Source: Lingula anatina
Lineage: Eukaryota > Animalia > Brachiopoda
Direction: 5' to 3'
NCBI GenBank assembly: GCA_051362555.1
Contig: CM120641.1
Location: forward strand, 28,650,401-28,714,400
DNA length: 64,000 bases
Shown here: positions 55,763 through 64,000 of the stretch, piece after piece
Layout of the letters: each line of letters begins with the position of its first letter
Position numbering within the stretch: position 1 is the stretch's first letter
Notes under the pieces: generated by a model
What the model was told of the DNA's origin: nothing
The model's database searches: none
What the model saw: the letters and a program-made list of their open reading frames with translations, nothing else
Position numbers and translations under genes: made by a program

Positions 55763-58700
55763 GTCAAATATACAAAAAAGATGTGAAAAGATGTGAAAGT
55801 TACATCCAAGACAATTGGACAACTGGCTGTCACATCTTTTAAGGGTTGATATGACAGAACCCGTGTTAACATTCAAAGGCAAATCAAAACCTACTGAAAA
55901 TATTCATGAAGAAATTGCTGTTTTTTAGCTGTATGGATGCTGTAAGGCACTGAGGCACCTGCTGGGTAACCTTCTAGACTGAGGCGAATGATGTCTTTAG
56001 TAGGGAATATCTGAAAGTGTACAAAGTAGTCCACTGATTCTCTTTAAAATAAACTAACATACCAGATGAAATAGACCATTTATACATGTACTAAGCTCAC
56101 TAAAATACAATCTAAAAAAATAGAAACGATGCCCTCGGGTCTCAGTGTAAACCCACCTTTCAATATATTACAGTCAACACATTCAATAAAAAAAACCTGA
56201 AACCAATCAAAGTTGTGGTAAGCTTCAGCTACTTAATAACGGCACCACATATCTATTTTCAAATAAACTTTATCATTTTGATTCCTGCATAAAAATACCT
56301 AAAGCAGGTAATTGGCAAAAACACTCACGAGTTTCAAAGGTGCATCAGCAGTTCTAAGGCCGCCCAATCCCTTGGCTGTAGACAGACTTTCCCGCCATTC
56401 GGCACAAAGCCAATTGTCCTTGTTAGGTCCCATGGAGCCAATGCTAGAGAACTGTCCCACCACGGGCCACCCTTTTACCTCACTTACACTGGGGCCATGC
56501 TCCTGTAATATCTGAAAATAAAATATCTTTCTGAAATTAAACATCAACATAAGCCCATGACAGCCATCATATTTATATAGTGGATTTTATTCTGTTTTTG
56601 CTTATTTGGTAAGTGCACACGCCTCTAGCTGGCTAGAGAAAGCATAATTGTTTCTTATTGTTTCTTCTAAGGTTAATTTACGTTAATCAAAATATTTTCA
56701 AGATTTCCTTGGCCATCCAACCTTCCTGACAAACTGAACCATCAATTTTACAAATTTCTGGAAGTCTGGTTGTCATAAAAAAATATCTGTCATCTAAAGA
56801 GGAAACTGGCCATCGAAATAATGGCTGGACAGCTCTGTAAGGAAAGTCTTGCTACTATTTATTATTCTGTTGCCTCGACTTGCCTTTCTCAACTTCAAAT
56901 GTCCAAATGCAGTTTTCTTTTCACCCAAGTGTCTTCCAGGTACAGATCCAAGAATGAACACTCTGTTTTTATGGCAAAACAATGAAACAAAGTCATCATC
57001 AACAATTTCTACATTTTAGTTCAGAAATATCAACTTAACAGTGAATCACTTCTTATATAATTTCAAAACCGATAAGCATGTAAACTCAATCCAATCTAAA
57101 GTAATTGTAATAAAATCACTTAAAAATTTTACTGTTAATTATACTCAAAATTAAAATTTTTGGTCACATTTAAAACAGATCTATTTTATTTTCTGTTCTC
57201 TTTCATCACACAATAAAACTAATCCATGAATTCAACATGTTCTGGGCTGAAAACATTTTCAAGAAACTTACTTTGCTGATGACATGTCATGTTGCTTAAT
57301 ATGTTCTTGCCACTCTTTCAATCCATTCAACTTATATGCTGATAGGTATTCTAGCAGATCTTTCTTGAAATGAGTGTCAGAATCTCCAGCACTGGCCTCA
57401 CCTTTATCTAGTTTGGGAAACAGTGGGCTGATCCATACACTAAAATAATACAGTAAGATCCAGTAGTTGTATCACAATAGATTGCAGTTATATCTTTAAT
57501 ACAGTGTCACAAAGCAAATTCCCCAAGCCATTTGAGAAAAGTCATTTATAATTTATCATCTACCAGTAAAAATAATAATAAATTATAATAAAAAATGTGC
57601 CATACCCTTGAGTTTTCTGATACCAGTCCTGATGTATATTATTGGCTGTGGTGATTACTACCCTCATGCCGTTATCATACAGCAAAAGCATCATTTTGCT
57701 ACAAAACAAACAATGCAATAATTTCATCAACAGCAATATTCATTTTATATCGATTCCATTTACGTACATGTACAATAGGTTCTAAAGTATTATGCAGATT
57801 GTACCAAAAATGTATTTCATTTTACTTTTCATTCAATAAATTAAAAAAAAAAGGTCTAGAAACTTAAACAAACACAGCCAATTTAAAACTATAATATTAA
57901 TTTATAATACGTAGGTCTTTGATTCCAGGGATACTTACGTATGATGTGTTCCATACATGATCTCCATTTTTGCCTTGGAAAAAATTAGTAACAGGTATTT
58001 TATACAATTTATGACTTATACTCTAACAATCAACCTATCTTTCAATCAATATATTAAATAATTAAGACACACTGAGAGCTTCTTGATGATGTATCTAGCC
58101 CACGTAGTGGAGATCCAAGATGGCAAAGTAAGATGACTAATAGGTTCACTCACCAATTTAAAAATAATTGACTTCACGTGACTGTCTCTCAACCAAAGGG
58201 TTAGTGTCAAAATTTGTGATCATGTAACAATGGGCATTTAACTCACCTGGCAAAGTTTCACATTAGAATAGTTCATAGCAGCCATGTCATACTCAGCCTT
58301 GGTCTCTCTCTGCATCCCATGGACAATTAACAGAGGTTTAGACCTGACCAAAGCAATTATAATTAAATGGCCTCACAAAAACACAGTATTTTTAAATACA
58401 GCTAATGAAAGGAAAATAACAAAAAAGAAATCATTTTCTCTTTTGCAAAATATGATAATGATTTTCTGACTCAAATCTGCATGTGTGACAATATTAATTA
58501 AAATTATGGTAGAGTCTAAAAATGAAAAGTTAAAGTTATAAGTTACCTAGTTGGAACAAGGTTTCATTATCCACATTATTATATATGAAGATTAAAAAAT
58601 TAAACAGAGAATGAATTACATGTTTTCAACTAACCTAAATTCTACAGGATACTGCTGTATTAACCATGGGATGTCAAACATATAATTGAACTGAAAATAA

Positions 58701-60850
58701 ATAACAAATAATATTTTAAATTATGTTGCTTATTGATGACTTGTACAATATAAAGGCAAAAAAGTCATACCTCCATCAGTATTAAATAATACAAGTATGA
58801 AAATACATGTGCATAAATCATTTTATGTGATAAGCTTGAAAATTCAAAAATATTATTATCCTAACTTTAGAAGTACCTGTGCTGAAGCTTGCAAATTTCC
58901 CACTGATGTGGACAAAATATCTGTAAAAAAGCAAAAGGTTGTTTATTGCAGTCATAACTTATATAGAAATACAAAATACAATTGTAAGCTGACCCTTCAA
59001 GTTTAAATGCGGATAAAATATATGAGCGGAGCTCACAGTTTTCAAATCACTCCCTTTGACACATTTTGTCCCCATTTAAATATTTATTTTGGCTTAATAA
59101 ACACCAATTCAGGGTCTTTCAAAAAATTAAAAGCAATCAAAATTTTATTCGCTCAATAAAATGTTACAATTCATAATATTCAGGTTAATCCATACCTTTA
59201 ATGTGAACAGCATGCAAGTTGTGTGCATTATCAATTCCTGCTACCTTGCTCAAATAGAAGCCAAATCTGTCATTCATTTTTAAGCAATGATCAGAGCCTT
59301 TCTGGTCAAGCTTTTGTTTCTTGCTTGGTGGGGCTTCCTCATTGGAACTTGTGTCAGGAATGGAAGAGTGACCATGTTCACCTTCTACAGCAAATATTAA
59401 AGATAAAGTAAATTGTAAAGATGTACTTATACCTAAATAATAAAAACCCTACTAATAATAATTATTATCTGCAGTATATTGTATCAACAGAACAATTAGT
59501 TTGACTACAGGTCAGTTGAGATAATAACTCCCTATCACCAAAAGTGCTGTGCATTCTTAATTCCACAAAACATTCAGTAATTAACTGCATTATTAAGCTT
59601 GCACTACCAAACATTTTTGTTTAACTGAACAATAAAATTTTCACCAATCAATTATAAGCTGGCAAAAGAATAATTATCAAAATGAAACAATAAATCATAA
59701 ACACTGAATCTCTGTACATTAAAAATATAATAAATTACTTAATTTTATCAGACAATGAAAATTTTCTTGGGGACTTTGTAAAATAAATATTAAAACTTTT
59801 ATTATCAGTTAAGAATATCTCACAAGTCTAGATAAAGATGAACATAACACAGAAAAGATATAATGTACTGTAAATAGGAATGAATGACTTTCATTTGTAG
59901 TAACACATTGTCTACCTGGATGACAGAATGCTTTAAGGTGCTTGGGATTTTTTCTATAACATGTCTTTCCAAATTTGCACTTTGGTCTTTTGTCTTTGCT
60001 GTCTTGTTTGTAATCATCAGATTCTTCCAAAGCTGGTTTTGATCTAGATGGACTTTTCTTTAGAGATTTTCCCTGACAGTTGTCCTCATCAGAGTTGTCA
60101 CTTTCTGATATTTCGTGAAGGGAAGAAGATAATGAGTCATTATGAACAGTCTTGGAAAACTTTGGCTCAAAATTGTCTGTGTCAGAGTCGCTATCTGATA
60201 TCTCATGAGAATAACTCGAGGAAACACTTGTTTCTAGTTTCTTGTATTTATCCATTGCTGTACTTTCCAAACTGACTGATTGATTTTCAAAGAGACTGTT
60301 ATTTGTTGAAGAACTGTTATGAATTTCTGGCACTTGTAGTATACTGGTATCAGAATATGTTTCATAAACTGCTCCGTCTTCACGTATGCCTCTTACATTC
60401 TGTGTGGGAGATTTTAATGGATGATTGCATGTGGAATCTTCATCTACATCTGAATTATTCTGGATCTGTTCAGCAACTGTTAGTGCAAAAAGATGATCTT
60501 CTTGCAGCTGCCTTTCAACATCTTCATCTCTGTTAAGCTGTAATTAGTTTTACACACTGTACACGTAGTAAATTGAAATATATCGCAGGTATACTAAGTT
60601 TCTAGGTCTACCAGATTATGTGGGACCAGTACAGTCTACAGACCTGGGTTTAAGCGTGAGGGTTCTACATGTACGTTTACACTGCACATGTGTACTGCTA
60701 CTCTAAGTTTTAACGTTATTTAAGTTTGCAAATAAAAATTAAGAAACACGGTGCATCACACGCAAATCACAAGATGGTATATGAGGTATGTTTCACCTCG
60801 ATTTGCAATCGTTTTGCAAAATCTTCATCGCTTTCCCCGGGTAAGGCCAT
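52210..60850 (-). CDS. TDP1: Tyrosyl-DNA phosphodiesterase 1 with N-terminal PBZ zinc finger
   Basis: Starts [18 protein letters not shown] (60850). Contains [26 protein letters not shown] (HKN1), [42 protein letters not shown] (HKN2), [11 protein letters not shown]; ends [24 protein letters not shown]. Confidence 0.96.
53218..54553. repeat. Two related copies of an interspersed non-autonomous element in a TDP1 intron
   Basis: About 230 bp at 53430-53655 and 54290-54545 are near-identical, differing mainly in the GACGGC/GCCATC microsatellite; shared heads (AAGG(T)CTTCAGGCCCATG...TTGAAAATG) at ~53226 and ~53832. Confidence 0.85.
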
Positions 60851-60963
60851 AAACAATCTGATACAGCAACTAACAGCACATGTACACTGTGGCTTGTCTT
60901 GTATACAGGGTATTAACTAGCAATCGATACAAAAGGGGAGTAACTTCCTGAAACTGATTCCAA
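60851..60963. promoter_or_regulatory. Very compact head-to-head TDP1/GMF promoter
   Basis: TDP1 ATG at 60850 (-), candidate GMF ATG-only exon at 60964 or 60973 (+); ETS-like ACTTCCTG at 60943-60950. Confidence 0.5.
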
Positions 60964-63710
60964 ATGGTAACTATGGTTAGATTTAGTGGTGTTTTTGTAG
61001 CATTTAAAAACGTTGTTGGCTTAACTTAAATATTTTAAAGAGTTTTGTATAAAGCTAAATTACAAGTTGAGGTTGACATGCCTGTATTTTCAATGGTGTC
61101 ACATATGAATCATTTCCTCTCTCAAATTGGTAGTGCTTTTTTGTTTTGCTATCCACATTCCATACACCTTAAAACCATTAAAGCCCTTTAACAACTTTTT
61201 CTGGAGCTTAGATGATGTTGAAACTTCCATCAGAGGTTTAAGATATGGTCACTAGTATGACCGGCCAGTCATTTTAAAGCTAAATTAACTATAAATTTAA
61301 TTAAAAGTTGAATCCAAATGCAGAGAGGGATAGATAAATGATTCATGAGTACATGAGAATTGCTTATTTCCCCAGGAAAATCCATTTTGGTAGGTATATC
61401 CCATGGAGTTCCCTTTAATTTAACATAAAATGAACATATTGGTGTTTAGTTACTTTTTTATGCCCCCCCCCCCTTTCCCCAGCCTTCTCAGTCTTTGCTT
61501 TTCAGTGTTTTTCATATTCAATTATGTGATGGCCTTGATCAGTGTCTCTGGCATTATTTTTAAAGCTCATTGATTCATTCAAATATGATAATTGCTAACA
61601 CAATTTTAGGGGAGAACATAGAAAAATCAAGAAAGCAAATTGCCATTTAAACCACTTAATTGGAATAGAAGAACTAGAATTGTTGATCAAAGTTACCACA
61701 TCACCAAATTAAAAAAAAAAAATTAAAAAGCCACAGACTTTGTCTGTGCATTATTATTGGTATGATAGTAAAACACTTAGGCTTCGTTCACATGCAATGT
61801 CTATTTTCTATTTTCTATTTTCGGTATGTCTTATGATCACGGTCTGTGCACTGAATATCCCGCGGCGTAATTACTGGCAGCGCGAGCCAGTTACTATAAG
61901 TTACTATAAGTACTATAAGTTACTATAAGTAACTGGCTCGCGCTGCCAGTAATTACGCCGCGGGATATTCAGTGCACAGACCGTGATCATAAGACATACC
62001 GAAAATAGAAAATAGAAAATAGAAAATAGACATTGCATGTGAACGAAGCCTTATAGTCTGAGACCTGAATGCTAAGTGAATTAAGAAATGAACCCATTTG
62101 TTTTGTATAAATCACTAGTGGGCTTGATTTGGTCTGTAAGTGCAATTTAAGATCACAGATTGTCTTACATGATCTTAAACCATAAGTAAGACCATTCCTG
62201 GTCTAACAGCCAATTAATTTGTCTCACCTTACACATTCTCCTAATGTCAGTAGAGGTGTCCTCTATTGTGAGGGGAGGTAACCCCCATTGTGAGGGGAGG
62301 AAACTGCTTGACCACTTAAGTAGATGTTAGATCACTTTGAACTTAAAAGCAGATTCAGTCCTTTTTAAGACTACTGCTATAATGATTGAGATCGTGTAAG
62401 ATCACTAGTGTTCTTAAATTGCACTTTAAGATCAAATCCAACCCACTAGTGAATGTATTTTGCTTACTTCTAGGCTCAGAACGTCAAAGTTTGTGAAGTT
62501 GAACCAAAAATCAAAGAAACAATGAGGAAATTTAAATTTAGGAAAGAAAAAAATAATGCTGCAGTTATATGTAAGTAAATGACATACTGAGTAGTTATGC
62601 CTGTATTATAAAGTCATTGTGTTATAACTTAAAATCAGTTTAGTTGTAATACAAAATTTAGAAAAAAATATCAGTTGTTGTGCATGCAAAATTTAAAAAA
62701 ACAACAAACAAACAGAATACGTGATATGCAAAATTTTGCAGTTATCTATTTCAGAATTGACGTAATGGAAACATTTGTCATGTAACAACTGATTGTTATG
62801 TACTTGGTGTAAATAAATAAATAACTGATGATATAATAACCTTTTGAAAGCAGGTAATGATAATGAAAGAAAAGACACATTTAGCTTGGTATTGCTTTTT
62901 GAGACATTTCTGTTTATCATTTCACTTGTTCATTGTTGTTAATATTGCTTTTTTCAGTGAAAATTGACATGGAAAACATGACAGTAGTTTTAGATGAAGA
63001 AATAGAAGTGAGTGCCTGTCTCTGCAGGTTTCTACATGTTACCAGTTATTAAGACAATTGTTACAGATTTTTATCTCTAGATTATCAGTTAGTATTTTAT
63101 TAATCTAGCTTAATTTTTAAATAAAATTGTTGGAATTACGACAAGTTTTTTAAAAATCAAATATGTAGTAACATCACAGTTTCTTTTCCACTGTAGCAGA
63201 TATTAATGTTGTGTCATTTCTTTATTTTTATGTTTGCAGGATTGCACTATGGACGATCTACAAAATGAGTTGCCTGATCACCAACCAAGATTTGTAGTCT
63301 ATAGTTACTGTTACAATCATGATGATGGGCGTGTTTCATATCCTCTATGCTTCATCTTTGTTAGTCCTATAGGTACTGGTACTGTTGCAGAGATTATAAA
63401 TTCTATTTGAAATTATTTTTAATACTTGTTGGAACAAATGCCAGAAAATTCACATTTTGTTTATGATGAATAAGCTTTCCTTGTCTTCTTGTCTTTCTTG
63501 AAGTTCATGATTGTATGACTGATCTGAATGTAATTTCATTTACTTGTTTTCTTGAGTTACTGAATCACTATTGCCGCAGTTGAAATAAGTAGTGATATAA
63601 ATACTATGACAGTCTTGTATTCTTTAATTTAAACAGGGTGCAAGCCAGAAATGCAAATGATGTATGCAGGCAGTAAAAATGGATTAGTTCAAGAATTAGA
63701 TGTGACAAAG
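60964..63710 (+). CDS. GMF: Glia maturation factor (ADF-H family), last exon beyond window
   Basis: Exons 62474-62570 ([25 protein letters not shown]), 62958-63007, 63240-63372 ([31 protein letters not shown]), 63637-63710 ([15 protein letters not shown]). Start exon inferred as ATG|GT at 60964 or 60973. Confidence 0.92.
61780..62050. mobile_element. Near-perfect palindromic PIF/Harbinger-like MITE
   Basis: GGCTTCGTTCACATGC...GCATGTGAACGAAGCC with ~115-bp arms differing by one AAAATAG unit, a central (GTTACTATAA)x4 spacer and TTA TSD. Confidence 0.92.
62113..62451. mobile_element. CACTA/EnSpm-like MITE
   Basis: CACTAGTGGG...CCCACTAGTG termini, ~70-bp imperfect arms, 3-bp TSD AAT (62110-62112, 62452-62454). 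Confidence 0.82.
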
Positions 63711-64000
63711 GTATGGTGACAAGTATGATTATGAATTGTGTTCATAAAGTATTAACTCATTAAAATAAATCAGATAAATAGTGTTAGCAAAACTTTCATG
63801 CCCCTAGGCAATATAGGCATATTAAATTAAATTTTTACTTAGAATTTTAAAATTAAATTTGCAATTATTGTGTTTATGGGTGTTATTATAAATACTATTG
63901 TTATTTTCATAAATATTTGCATATTTAACTTTTTCAGTGATCCTCTAAATACAAATTTAAGATTTAAAAAAAATAATTTTATATCTTTATCACTTGCAGA

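Overview
AT-rich, intron-rich animal genomic DNA. The gene families and repeat types suggest a lophotrochozoan, probably a mollusc (inference only). All gene models were spliced by hand from GT-AG junctions with phase checking. Left to right: 3' end of pecanex (+), adenylate kinase 7 (-), and Rab1 (+), whose first intron holds an intact, very young Ty3/Gypsy LTR retrotransposon (14651-21682). Three co-oriented minus-strand effector-type genes follow, largely missed by the ORF track: (i) a divergent secreted kexin/furin-like convertase with a PAN/Apple domain and altered specificity pockets, (ii) a signal peptide-BRICHOS-RQRR-Cys-rich peptide precursor, and (iii) a stonustoxin-like MACPF/CDC protein ending in an SRCR domain. 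TDP1 (-) and glia maturation factor (+, truncated by the window end) close the window. Many MITEs with clear TIRs and TSDs, an RTE LINE tail and microsatellites lie in between. The best candidate for an undescribed system is the convertase/BRICHOS/MACPF-SRCR trio; their functional linkage is inferred only from adjacency and domain content.
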